DNA of 63,976 nucleotides, the filler included, from Ministeria vibrans ATCC 50519 (lineage: Eukaryota; Protista; Filasterea), in the NCBI GenBank assembly GCA_943704425.1. It is 6 parts of 6 records of this genome, joined end to end, with 100 filler letters (N's around TTAATTAATTAA, not from the genome) between each part and the next. Parts side by side here need not be neighbours in the genome. Positions count along the whole stretch, not along the records: positions 23,675 to 42,302 come from CALSCP010000408.1; 5 more parts are not named here. The stretch is one strand, 5' to 3'. The translations under genes were made by a program, and so were the position numbers. This document shows positions 24,686 to 35,851 of this stretch, in pieces. The notes beneath the pieces were generated by a model. It worked only from the letters and a program-made list of their open reading frames with translations, searched no databases and had not been told where the DNA came from. Every line of letters starts with the position of its first letter. The stretch's first letter is position 1.

Positions 24686-26551
24686 TCATTGTGGGCATTC
24701 CTCTTCTTCTTCCTCCTCCTCCTCTTCTTCTTCTTCTTCTTCTTCCTCCTCCTCCTCTTCTTCTTCTTCCTCCTCCTCCTCCACTTCACAGGGTTCGCTC
24801 CGTATTTTCTTCACCTTGCGTTCCAACTGATTCTCTGCCATGCGCTTTGGGGTTGGCAATTTAACATACTTCGGCGTGACCGTTTGACAGGCTTCGACTA
24901 TCTCCGATAGGACAGTGGGTAGTACATGGGCTCTAACGCCCTCTTGCGTCAACTTCGTGACCACACACTCTTTGCGGATCAGAGTTGCCGTCTCTCCATC
25001 GCTTCTTGTCGCAGAGTACCGCGTAGCCAGTTCCCCTGCATCGTGGCGCGCATCGTCAAACAAGCTCACGAGCTTCCAGTATTCTGCTTTCGCCTTGTTG
25101 AAGCGCACCGTGCAAGGATGCCTTTTGACTCGCGCTTTAGCTTTCCTTAGCTCAGTGTTACTCTTGGCCTCTTTCTCAGCCGCCTGAAGCTCTGATGCCA
25201 TTTCAAAAAGTTTCATAAACGTTGAAGCCCTCTCGTCGCTTTCTTCAATATGCACCGGAGGAAAGCCGCTCACTGTTGGGTAAGACTTTCCACTGCGGAG
25301 ACGGCCAAAGATTGCACTTTTAAGGCGTGGAGCGACACAGCGAAAAAACGCAAAAGCACTTGCTGCAGCAGCCGGCTGAAATGACTTCTCCTTGTCCCCC
25401 ATTGCCCAGTCGCATATGCCCTTGATTACAATAAAAGGTACCTCATTGGCCCAGCTCAGCGCTGTCAGGCCCGCAACTCCCTCCATCTCTCCACCAATAG
25501 GATCGTAAACGCCAACTTGCTCTACAAGTTTCACGATGTCTTCATGGCGGCCCTTATCGTCCAGTAACTCTGGTCCAGACAGAATCGTGCCAACGCGCGC
25601 CTGGCAGCGGCGAGAGAAGCGTGAACTGCCCTCAACCAACCGGTCCGCATTTGAGCGGTTCCATGCCTTTGCCTCCTCCTCCAGGCAGAAAGCAGCAAAA
25701 TCAGGGATGCGGTACGGCTTGGAGCGCAACGTAACGACACTGCCAGAGCGAACATAGTCGTAGGGAACGATCATGTTGGATACAATCACGTCGGCCAGGC
25801 GCAAGTCGCTCTTGTTTTTCGGGCAAATCGAGCGTGGAGTGCCAAATGCGACGCCCACAAAGACAACACTAAGCGGTTTGAATAAGCGAGCGCCCTCTTG
25901 GGTGACTTTGATAGCGCCCATTGGACCACTTGAACCAGGACGGGTTCGCACAATGGCAACTGTGCAACCTTCAATCTTCGCAAGAAAGAAGCGAATCTCC
26001 GCTGCATCGTAGTGATAAAACTCGCCAGGTTGATATGGCTCCACGACATTGTTAACCGCCTGCCACTCTGCCTCGTTCACCACAACAAGTAGAAAATCGC
26101 ACTCGCAAGGCGACTGAAGAGCCTTAGAAGCTCGAAGCGAGTTACCCACTTCCATAAACGGAGTCGTTTTGTGCGGGATGTTCATCGGTTTGCCACAGTA
26201 GGTGGGATCCAGCGAGGTCTGCCTATCGACCAAGTCATCCGCAGTGGTGGACGGACGTACGTTGGTGACAGCGGCGGCGCTTGCATCGTCATCAACGGCC
26301 GTTGATGTGATGGAAGTCGTAGATGCCGATACATCGGGAGCAATGCGCTGTAGTCTTGAGACGAGGCCGGGAATTGTGGCGAGCGTTTGGAGGACACACT
26401 CGCCGAGTTCGTCGTTGATCGACCGTGTCCCCCCGTCGGGCTCCGACGCCGACCGCGTTTGGTAGTGACTTGATTGTTGAGTTGCAGTTCCATTCGGGGT
26501 GGAAGACAGGGGGGGTGGGACCGCACTGGCTCCATTTTCTGGTTTCGACAT
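24686..26551 (-). CDS. Intronless PNP_UDP_1 (nucleoside phosphorylase/MTAN fold) protein, ATP-nucleosidase-like, with poly-Glu tail
   Basis: FLLVVVNEAEWQAV, VVFVGVAFG, LADVIVS, GTILSG, IGGEMEG, FIVIKGICDWA..K.KSFQPAAA; 621 aa from ATG 26551. Confidence 0.85.
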   Translation of the reverse strand: MSKPENGASAVPPPLSSTPNGTATQQSSHYQTRSASEPDGGTRSINDELGECVLQTLATIPGLVSRLQRIAPDVSASTTSITSTAVDDDASAAAVTNVRPSTTADDLVDRQTSLDPTYCGKPMNIPHKTTPFMEVGNSLRASKALQSPCECDFLLVVVNEAEWQAVNNVVEPYQPGEFYHYDAAEIRFFLAKIEGCTVAIVRTRPGSSGPMGAIKVTQEGARLFKPLSVVFVGVAFGTPRSICPKNKSDLRLADVIVSNMIVPYDYVRSGSVVTLRSKPYRIPDFAAFCLEEEAKAWNRSNADRLVEGSSRFSRRCQARVGTILSGPELLDDKGRHEDIVKLVEQVGVYDPIGGEMEGVAGLTALSWANEVPFIVIKGICDWAMGDKEKSFQPAAAASAFAFFRCVAPRLKSAIFGRLRSGKSYPTVSGFPPVHIEESDERASTFMKLFEMASELQAAEKEAKSNTELRKAKARVKRHPCTVRFNKAKAEYWKLVSLFDDARHDAGELATRYSATRSDGETATLIRKECVVTKLTQEGVRAHVLPTVLSEIVEACQTVTPKYVKLPTPKRMAENQLERKVKKIRSEPCEVEEEEEEEEEEEEEEEEEEEEEEEEEEEECPQ

Positions 26552-26911
26552 TCTAAAAATCGAGTGAAACACGAAACGTTTCAAAACGTTGAGGAGAAAA
26601 ATGTGGCTTATATTATGAAAACACGCAGGAGCAAGTAAAAATACATAGTACAAACAAAACACCGGGAGTATTCAAACTACAAACACACTCGAGCGGTGAA
26701 TATCGCAACAAATTGTTGGGTTTGAAACAACTGATGCAAAGGCACTCCAACCCTCCTACGGCCTGAGCCCTGGGGATAACTACCAGCAATAAGAGCGATG
26801 TTGACGCCTGCATTGTACATAAAAGACCACTCACCCAACNNNNNNNGAAGACTGACACATTACACAATAACATTCAATTAATACAAAAAGAAAATAAATA
26901 ATATAAAAATA

Positions 26912-27205
26912 AGCCCATAGACCCACTGATGTATATACACATTACACCCATGAGAAGAATGTACGGAGGCACAGGTAGACCCTGTACACGACAGTCCCCG
27001 GTGCACCATTGCGACGACTCTTAGGCTCAATGCGCCGGAGGACCCTCGAAAGAGAACAGGAGATACAATAAATAATTGAATAAAGAAAATAGAGGAAAAA
27101 AAGTTTACGCAAGAAGATGAAAATATAATACAATGAAGAGTAGTACACTGCTTCCGCCATTTAAACGCCAATACAGACAGACCGCCATAGGCTAGCCTCA
27201 AGAAT
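26912..27205 (-). repeat. Dispersed repeat family, permuted or tandem copy between the PNP gene and KNL1
   Basis: 26912-27064 is the reverse complement of 5141-5278; 27115-27142 is identical to 33955-33982. Confidence 0.85.
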
Positions 27206-27280
27206 AATGAATAATTGATCACACAATCATCGACAATTATCATTGAGTTTGGTTCATTCCTCAAATTTTTACATCCAAAC

Positions 27281-30200
27281 ATGGACCACCTGTTCACCCG
27301 AACGCCATTTGCAGTGCTCTCAGATGAGGCGCCTAAAAACGCCGAAAACGCAGGGGCAATCACCTCACGAAAGAGACGAAGTTCCGTACGATTTCAAAAA
27401 AAAACAAAAAAAAATTCAAAACTTGCTCGTTGCAAGACATCGCCTCTATTCGGGCGCATTTGGCTCGACAGCCCATGCCTAGCCATCATGCACATGCATT
27501 ATGCCCTCTGTGTTGCTCTAAAACCCCCAGAAACGCCCATTCTAACCCCAAACATCCGATCCGCCGTCAGATTTTGAAATCGCCCGGTCGAGGAGCGCTC
27601 ATTGAGCGCGATATGAACCAAGCGCCCGACGCCCAGTCGCACAAAAAGGCTCGACTCAGCGTTGGGCGACGTGTGTCGTTTGCCCCCACCGATCAGGTAC
27701 GACTGAACATCGAAACGCGAAAATTTTGAAAAAAAAAAAAAAAATCAATGTTTTAGCGCTCATCAAAAACCAAATCTTTAAATTGTAGCTTCGCTTCTAT
27801 CAGAAGAACGCAGCCGAATGGCAGTCCCCGTCGCACGACAATGAGGAATCAAGTGATTTGAGTGCCATTGATGCATCGGTGGACCAGGAGCAAGAGCCAG
27901 AGCAAGAGGAGGAGGTCGCGAGGGAAAGGGCGCAACAACAGACAACGGCGCTCGACAACGTGCTTGTGGCGTCGCGCATTGGCTCGCCCATTGTCCTCAG
28001 TTCGCTCATGGACCCGTCGCCAGACCACCGTCGTCGTCGCTCCACGTTGAGCCCGGCACGTCGTCGCTCCACGTTGAGTCCTGCGCGACAGTCGCTCGGT
28101 GTGCTGCACGAGTCCGCCTGCATGGACATGACCGAGTGTGTCGGTGGTATTCTCGAAGAGACGGACGACCAGAACGAGGAAGAAGACGATGATGGCATGG
28201 AGATGACGGCGTGCGTCGGTGGCATCCTGGCTGAGGCAGCGCAAGCAGAGGTGGAGGCAACACCCGAGTCGCCTGGTATGGAGCTCACCGAGTGCGTTGG
28301 AGGAATCGTAGTGCAAGCAGAGGTGGAGGCAACACCCGAGTCGCCTGGTATGGAGCTCACCGAGTGCGTTGGAGGAATCGTAATGCAAGCAGAGGTAGAG
28401 GCAACACCCGAGTCGCCTGGCATGGAGCTCACCGAGTGCGTTGGAGGGATTCTCACTAACGCAGTCGCCGACACGACCACGTCCAGTCCTGGCATGGAGC
28501 TCACCGAGTGCGTCGGAGGCATCCTTGCCAGCACAGAGACAGACACAACGGCCAGCCCTGACATGGAAATGACCGAATGTGTCGGTGGAATTCTTTCCAA
28601 CAACAACAACGATGATGATGATAACAACGAAGACAACGATGAGAGTCCCGACATGGAAATGACCGAGTGTGCAGGCCAGGGTATTCTCAGCCACTCCAAC
28701 GCCAACACTACCACCACCAACAACATGGAACTCACTGAATGTGTTGGTCAAATCTTCACCAATGACAATAACACCGACAACGACATGGAACTCACCGAAA
28801 CTCTTCCAAACACCTTCATCTCCATCGGGCCCAAAGACACAGACTCAAACACACCCACCGCACTCGACAAAAATCCTTCAATGTCATCTCTTGATGTGCC
28901 CGATGCAGTATTGTCTCTCCCGGATACACCTCTCACATCCAAACAAGAGGAACCCCTTCTTTTGGTATCACACACTTACTCTCATTTCCTCACTCACTAA
29001 AACAAATTCAAATTAATAATTATGATTGTTTTAGAACAAGGAGAACAGGAAAGAAGAATTCGAATGCGGCTTGGAAGAAGAAGAAGAAGAGGAAGAGGAG
29101 GAGGAGGAGGAAGACGAAGAAGAGTACGAGAGCACACCAATCACGTTCAGTGAGTTCCTTGCGCGCACCAACACGCGCTTCATCAACAATCTGACGAGCC
29201 GTCGTCGTACGACACTTAACGTGCACCACATGAACACGTGTGCGTCGTTAAATGTCGCTGAGCGGCCCGCCGATCGCATTGTACTTGCCTGCCAGGTGCT
29301 GCCACAGCTCGAGGCGTACCAGTGGGGCTGTGACTATCTGGTGGAGACCACTGCAACGGTGCGCGATGCCACCGTGGCCCTTGAATCGGCTCTCGACGAG
29401 CGCAACCCGCAGTTGTTTGCGTCCGCTCAGCGCAGTGAGGTGGAGCTCGATGAGCTTCGCGAGGACATGAAGATGCTCAAGACGTACAGTCGGCTTGAGA
29501 CCAAGCGCCGCTGGTACGAGTGGCGCAGTAAGATTGAGAGTAATGTGCGCGAGTCGCTCAGTGAGGAGGTCACTGGTCTCAGCGAAGACCTCACGGCTAT
29601 GTCAGAAATGCGCACACGCCTCACTGGCTCGCTTGATGCGCTCTCGTCATCTGTGCAAGCTGAGATGGCAGTCACGCTGGAGCGATTGCGCGAGACGTGC
29701 ACCACCGCAGAGGACCAGGAACGTCTCAAGGGGCTGTACGCCTCCGTATGTGAACAGGAGCAAGTCATTGCGGCCTTTGAGGAAGCCATTGAGCTTGACC
29801 AGCGCCACGCCGAGTCGCTCAAGGCCCAAGCGGCTCGTGCCGAGCTGGAACACGAGGCACTCAAAGCGGACCTGACCAACGCACAGGCACAGCTGCTCGC
29901 GACCCAATCCCTTGAAGTCAACAGCGAGGCAGTCCAGGACGCACACGACCGCTGCGACCTTCTCATGGGCTTTGCGTCGTTCCAACCCGTCACACTCTCC
30001 GCCGACAACATTTCACTATCCTTTGCGCACAGTCACCTTCAGGCGCACTTCACCCTTGCCCCGTCTTCCACTCAGCTTACTCACATTGCGTTGGAACTGC
30101 CGCCAGCCACCTCTACCACACTCACCCAACTCCTCTCCACCATCACACCCACATCTCTCCAGCTACAACGCGACGACAATGGTCAGAGTGTCTCCTCCTT

Positions 30201-30367
30201 CTCAACCCTCAAATCCACTGTGGACCGTCTCTCACTCCTCACGGGTCGCTGTGAAGACCTTGCTTCTGACATCGACTCTCTCGCTCTCTCCTTTCCAACC
30301 ACGCTCAACATTGTCGACAACACTGTAAGTGGGCACACCACCGTACTCTGATGCACACGCGCGCACA

Positions 30368-30422
<55 letters not shown>

Positions 30423-31073
30423 CACCAAACTCATCATAAAAATGATGTGTCACAGACTCGCACACACACAATCACACTAACTTTTTTCCATGCTACATCA
30501 CTATAGTGCGAATTGACTGTTGAGTTCTTCAGCATGGCCCAACACGTGCTGGTTGAGGCAACTCTGTCGCTAAACCCCTCAGCTTATCCCTTTGGGGGGA
30601 TGTCCGTTGCCACTCAGACTCTCATTGGCCAACAATCAATGTAAGTTTGAATTATTTCACTTTGGTTGTGTTTGTTGCTCTCAAATTCTGCTTAACATTA
30701 ATAACTAAAGCACATGCACAAACACTCCCACAGTAATACTAATTAGTTATAAAACACAAAAGAATACGATATACGTACACGACAACATAGCACAATACCA
30801 ATCGAATATAATTATGTCTCACAAACACGAGACTCTCTCTCTCTCTATTACATTTTGTTCTCACAACATCTTTGGTCACAAAGCTAACTCACTTTTGTTC
30901 TTTCTCCCTCCTCTCTCTCTCAAACTCTCTTCTATTATTTCATTCTTTTTCTCTATCACTTTCATATCTCTATTAGGGGTTCTCTTGTCAATTCTGCTCT
31001 TAATGCCGTGGAACCTTCGTACGGCTATTTGGACTGTGTCTGTTCTGCTGTCCAATCTGCCCTCAAAATGTGA
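27281..31073 (+). CDS. KNL1: Kinetochore scaffold KNL1/Spc105/Spc7, about 6 exons
   Basis: SILK motif formed across intron 27386-27570 (RRSS|ILK), RRVSF PP1 motif, ten M[ED][LM]T repeats, Spc7-like ITFSEFL..WYEWR, coiled coil, RWD-like C-terminus ending ..SALKM* at 31073. Confidence 0.93.
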
Positions 31074-31157
31074 TTTTTTTCTCACTTTCTTTTTCCTTTT
31101 TGAATTTGAATACACTTTTATTTTTCAATACAAAAATACGCAAACAAACAAGTCAAA

Positions 31158-31836
31158 TCAAAAGACAGACATTTTCTTGACCGTTTTTTTGGCAGTGGCG
31201 CTTTTCTCGAGGGACATTTCCTGAGCTCTCAAGTGGGCAATTTCCCTCTGATACTCAGCGACTCTCTTTTGTGCATGTTGACGGACCAACGAGTCCTTTT
31301 TGCTGTCGCGAAGTTTCGTCTGATAGTGAGTGACGCGCGATTGACAGAGTCGGATTCGCTCAGTGAGTTTGGACAGTTTGACATTGAGTGACTCACTGCT
31401 GTCGCTCTTTGACCCGTTTCGTTCGTGTTCGCTTTGGCGTTTCGTCTTCTCGTTCTTTCGCTGTTCCTCCTTTGAATGTGATGCATTAAGCAGCGCAAAC
31501 AGTCCCGTTTCCTCCACTGCCACCTTCGCATTGGTCTTTGTTTGACGTTGTGCGATTCGCTCTTGTCTTTTCTGTGCACTGTGCTTGGACCGAATGAGCT
31601 CGCGCAGTTCCGGATCGACACAGTAGTCCAATGAACGACCAGCGGGCAGGACACGCACAGCAATGGGGCGTGTGAGACCGCCCGGAGCAAGTGCAGTGCC
31701 CGGTTGATAACCCATCTGCATCATCAGTTTCAGTCCGATTCCCTTTGTGTGTGCCTCAAACGAGCCAAAAGACGCGGGGACGGTCACGTCGCGTACTTCC
31801 TCATCATCATCCTCTTCTTCATCGTCGTCGTCGTCG

Positions 31837-31873
<37 letters not shown>

Positions 31874-32633
31874 CGTTGTTGTTGTTGTCGTCGTCGTCCT
31901 CCTCCTCCTCACCGCGTGCAAACAACTCTTGTTCTTCTACTTCTTCTTCTTCTTCTTCGTCTAAAGCGGTTTGCTCTTCGCGATGAAACAACGGCCGAAT
32001 CTGATCGCCTGAGACGTTCAGCGTTGCATCCCGTGCCGCACCTGCCGTCAAGAGACGTACACGATACTGATGTGTGTGTTCGTCGCTAGTGTGCACGGCT
32101 AAGATGGTAGCGAGTGCCCACAATCCGGTGCTGGGAAGTTGAACGTAGCAGGGACGATGCGGCGAGAGTGCTCCTGGCTGGCAGGCAAACAGGCGCTCGG
32201 GCGGAACGAGCTTCCCATGCGAACGAGCACACGGGTCGGCGGTGCATGTTCCGTTGAGGTGCCGTGGACAGGGCACCATTGCTTCCCGTGTGGGGGTCGT
32301 GTAGTACACCAGCACCGCCCGCCCGTCCCCCCCCGCCACCATCGCATCCAGCAGCGTCGGCATGGGCTCCGATGCGTCGCCCTCGACAAGCACATGGGTG
32401 CCTGAAGCAAAGGTGGGTGCTGCTGGCTCGAGTGCTGCCTATGACGAGAGAGAGAGAGTGAGAGAGTGAGAGTAAGAGACAACAAATGCCTTGAGTTGTA
32501 CTTTCAATTCTCCTGCCGCTCCAGCAAGCATTTCGCGAAGACTGAGCATCTCTTCAGTGAGCTCAGCATCTCCCATTGCATCAATGGCGGCGATTTGCGC
32601 CTCCATCGCGTCGAGCTGTTCTTGAAGAGCCAT
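31158..32633 (-). CDS. ZGPAT: CCCH zinc finger / Tudor-like / G-patch protein, 2 exons
   Basis: YTTPTREAMVPCPRHLNGTC..CARSHG (CCCH), GLWALATI, G-patch FEAHTKGIGLKLMMQMGY, VLPAGRSLDYC, terminal KKMSVF. Confidence 0.88.
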
Positions 32634-32765
32634 GGCAAGAGATTACAAAGTAATTAATTATAATGCGATCGCCATTGAGTGTGAATTGTCAATTGACCAT
32701 TCGCCAAAATTCAAAAAAACATTAATAATAATAATATTATTATTAATATTCTGTCTGATTTCTAC

Positions 32766-33776
32766 ATGTATCGCGCAACCGTTGTGATCATCGGTGTGCT
32801 ATCCATTGTTGCATCAAGCGCGGACCCGTGCGCACCGTACGGCGGCAAGGAGCACGCCCAAAGCGACGGCGTTTGTTGTGTTGCTGTCTGTGGCGAATTC
32901 TGCGGCGGAAGCAAGGCGAACGACTGCGACCATGGCCCAGGCGGTGGAGACGCCTGTTGTGCTAGTCATATTCGAGTTTCGGGTCGCGAATGTGGCGCAG
33001 GCGTTGATGCGCCCTGTTTGTTGTTCGCCAGCCCGCAAATCTCGCTCGCCGACGACTTTACGACCCGCAACGACTCCATGTGGACGTATGCCAACGAGAA
33101 GCTGGCCAAAGTCGAAGATGGCGTCACGTGGTACCTCAAGAACCACTCTGCGGTCAACATTCCCTTGAGCAGTGGCGAGGGACGCGGAATGGGCATTGTG
33201 TGCAACGACCAGCCGTGTGTGCACAACCCATCGCTGTGCCACGGTGCTCTCACTGCGAGCGATCATGTCCATTCGGTTCGCACCGTGAGCTACGGCGAAC
33301 ATCGCTTGCGCTTCCGTCCGCCCTACAATGCTAACAACACAAGTCCCGACGAGGTGTACGCCTACTTCACGGCGGGTTATGCCACCGGCAAACCCGCCAA
33401 GACCCTTGCCTCCAACGCCGTTCACGCAGAGAAGAACGTCTCATGGTGGAACGAAATGAACTTTGGCTTTCGAAATGATGCGCGAGGACACGGCCCATCG
33501 AGCCATGTTGTCTCGTGCGAATGGCACGCCGACACGGGTCACTACGAAGAGTTCTATGTTGATTTGGGATTTGACTTTCGCGATGGTTTTCACACGTATG
33601 TCCTTCAACATCGCGTCGACTCGCTCACATGGATTGTCGATGGACGCGTGATCCACTCGACGCAAGCGACCCTCTCCCATGAGATGGGTACCAGTCTCAT
33701 CGTTCGCTCCAATGGGCACCAGGCCATGTCGGAAGTGCGTGCAGAGTATGCGTACTACTCCTTCGTGTCCTACTAA
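32766..33776 (+). CDS. Secreted GH16-fold protein with N-terminal Cys-rich module and degenerate catalytic motif, intronless
   Basis: Signal peptide; CC..CG..CGG..C...GG..CC..C..PC module; GH16 lichenase-like LGFDFRDGFHTY..LTWIVDG; the ExDxE site reads EMNFG. Confidence 0.8.
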   Translation: MYRATVVIIGVLSIVASSADPCAPYGGKEHAQSDGVCCVAVCGEFCGGSKANDCDHGPGGGDACCASHIRVSGRECGAGVDAPCLLFASPQISLADDFTTRNDSMWTYANEKLAKVEDGVTWYLKNHSAVNIPLSSGEGRGMGIVCNDQPCVHNPSLCHGALTASDHVHSVRTVSYGEHRLRFRPPYNANNTSPDEVYAYFTAGYATGKPAKTLASNAVHAEKNVSWWNEMNFGFRNDARGHGPSSHVVSCEWHADTGHYEEFYVDLGFDFRDGFHTYVLQHRVDSLTWIVDGRVIHSTQATLSHEMGTSLIVRSNGHQAMSEVRAEYAYYSFVSY

Positions 33777-33954
33777 CTTCACAACGAAGCAACTCCCCTC
33801 TCCTAAATGCAACGCGTATCATGAAGAATCCTGCCCCAACAACCCCGTACATTGTACATATTACAATGTACATAATGCAGTATTTCGTCAGACGTATCAC
33901 ACGCGAGTGTCACACTGATATTTTATAAATGAAGTGAAAATGTTACTCCAAAGG

Positions 33955-34118
33955 AGATGAAAATATAATACAATGAAGAGTAATACTGAATAGAATGGTT
34001 CCGCCATAGACTAGCCCCAAGAAGACTGAAGATGGAGCACCCATAGACCCGCAAATTCGCTCTCGCAACGACATCAAAGTAGGAAAAAATTCAACAATGC
34101 AACAAAACTCGGAGGACC
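33955..34118 (-). repeat. Dispersed repeat family, degenerate copy upstream of CDC25
   Basis: 28-bp identity with 27115-27142, plus shared blocks CCGCCATAG.CTAGCC.CAAGAA, CCCATAGACCC and CGGAGGACC. Confidence 0.75.
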
Positions 34119-35851
34119 TTTTTCGCCCTCTTCTCAACAGTTGTCACGGCTTGCATGAGTAACATACATCCACTACAGAGTGTACCAGCCCCTCTCGGGC
34201 TTTGTACAGCCACAACCCCCGCCATACGGCCGTACGGAAAAACGATAATGTGTTGTTCCCTTCACACCCTCCTACATCAACTTCTGGCCAGCATACGCCA
34301 CAACACGTGTATAGCATCCAACACTGATACTACTCATGCGGGTGATACAATCACCTCGACGGTATTGGCTGTAGCAACAGCTCATTCTAAAATCGCACAT
34401 TGCAAAATTCACACTTCGCTCTCTTACGACTCACTCCTCTCCACGACTTCACCACATCACTGCATTGTCCAGTACTCTCCACCGCCACCTCTTACTCGCC
34501 CTACGGTATGCGCAGCGATCGCAGCTGCCTCTCCTCCTTTTTCGTTTGGCGCGAGATTTGAAAAACGAAACGTAAGCAAGCAAAATGTGACATCTGACAC
34601 CTCTGGCGGTTTTCTGATGTGGCACCTCATCCCAGCCTCACGCCGGCGCTTTCGACTTCGGCGCTCCGCCATTATTATCGACTACCACATCTCATTGTGT
34701 CCCCGGGAAGCTATGCACTCCTGTCTCTCCCCGATCTTTCCCTGTCCAAATCCGTCCAGTCGAGATTTCGGCCTCTCAGGGCATGACGACTAACCCCACC
34801 GCCATCCGGCCTCTTCTACACCCATTCTTGCCGGTAGCATGGCTGTATCTGTCCCTCCTTGCCGTTCCTCTCTAATCCGCGCCTGATACCTCCCTCTGGG
34901 CAGATTACTCAACTCTCATGTCTCGAATATCTAACAGTCATTGAGATTTAAGTCCAAAACCCATTTTTTTTTCTCCCTCCCACCGCTCACTGTCCACAAG
35001 CATCGTGACGTTCCGCCGGCCCTGGTTGTCCTCTTGGTACACTTTCTCTCCCCCCCCTTCCTCCCACGCCGTCCGCGCCCTCCCTTCGTCCTGGCGCGTG
35101 AGACAACTCAAAGCATTTTTTAACAACAACAAGCAAAAAAAAAAAAAATGAAAATGAAAATGCTGTAAAATCTCAACGCCGAGAGCTTGCCGCCGACTTT
35201 CTGCACAACGTGTGGACCCCAAATGGTTCACTAGACCGCACTACAAGTATCGCTTCTCGCCGGGCGGCCGTCCAAATCTAAAGTTTGCCGCTCGGGTTTT
35301 GTGTTTGAAACGACTGTTTTCGTCGGGTGTTCAAGCCTCTCACAGGGCGCCTCTCCCCCCAAATAGCCCTTTGGAGGTCCATTATGCTGCTCCCCAAGCG
35401 AATCCCCCCCAATTCGCCCTGGATTTCTTCTGTTACACCTCAAGATTCGCCACGCACACAAAACCCGACCTGCAAAAAAAAAGAAAAAAAATTGCCCTGT
35501 CCGAGCTCTTTCTCCTCTCTAATCGTCTCTTTGGCATCGCCCTGGCATAACTCTATCCTTCATCGTGCTGTTCCGCCGGCGCATAGCTGCGATTTCCTTG
35601 ATTCTTGTTGTTCGCTCTCGTTCTACCTATTTCCAACACAATCTCTCGAGCGCTCATGAGACCTCCTCAGCGATCTCTCGCTGCCCCGCTTGCCCCACGT
35701 GGCCCATTCAGGGCGTGCGCTCTTGCCTTCCCTCTTGCGTCCCCTCTCCTTCCCCCCCTCCTTCTCATCGGGTGCCCTTTTTTCCTTCTTTTCCTCCCCC
35801 AAGGTTGAATTCCTGTCATCGTCGATCAAGCGCCCCGTTTTCCCTTTTGAA

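Noticed and set aside
28242-28450. Regularly spaced repeats considered as CRISPR-like
   Set aside because: They are in-frame coding MELT repeats of KNL1, with no unique spacers or cas genes.
33848-33870. Short hairpin TACATTGTA-n5-TACAATGTA after the GH16 gene
   Set aside because: A 9-bp AT-rich stem is expected by chance, and intrinsic terminators do not apply to this eukaryotic context.
34155-34793. 212-aa ORF downstream of a repeat copy, considered as a TE protein
   Set aside because: No recognisable RT, integrase, transposase or other motif.
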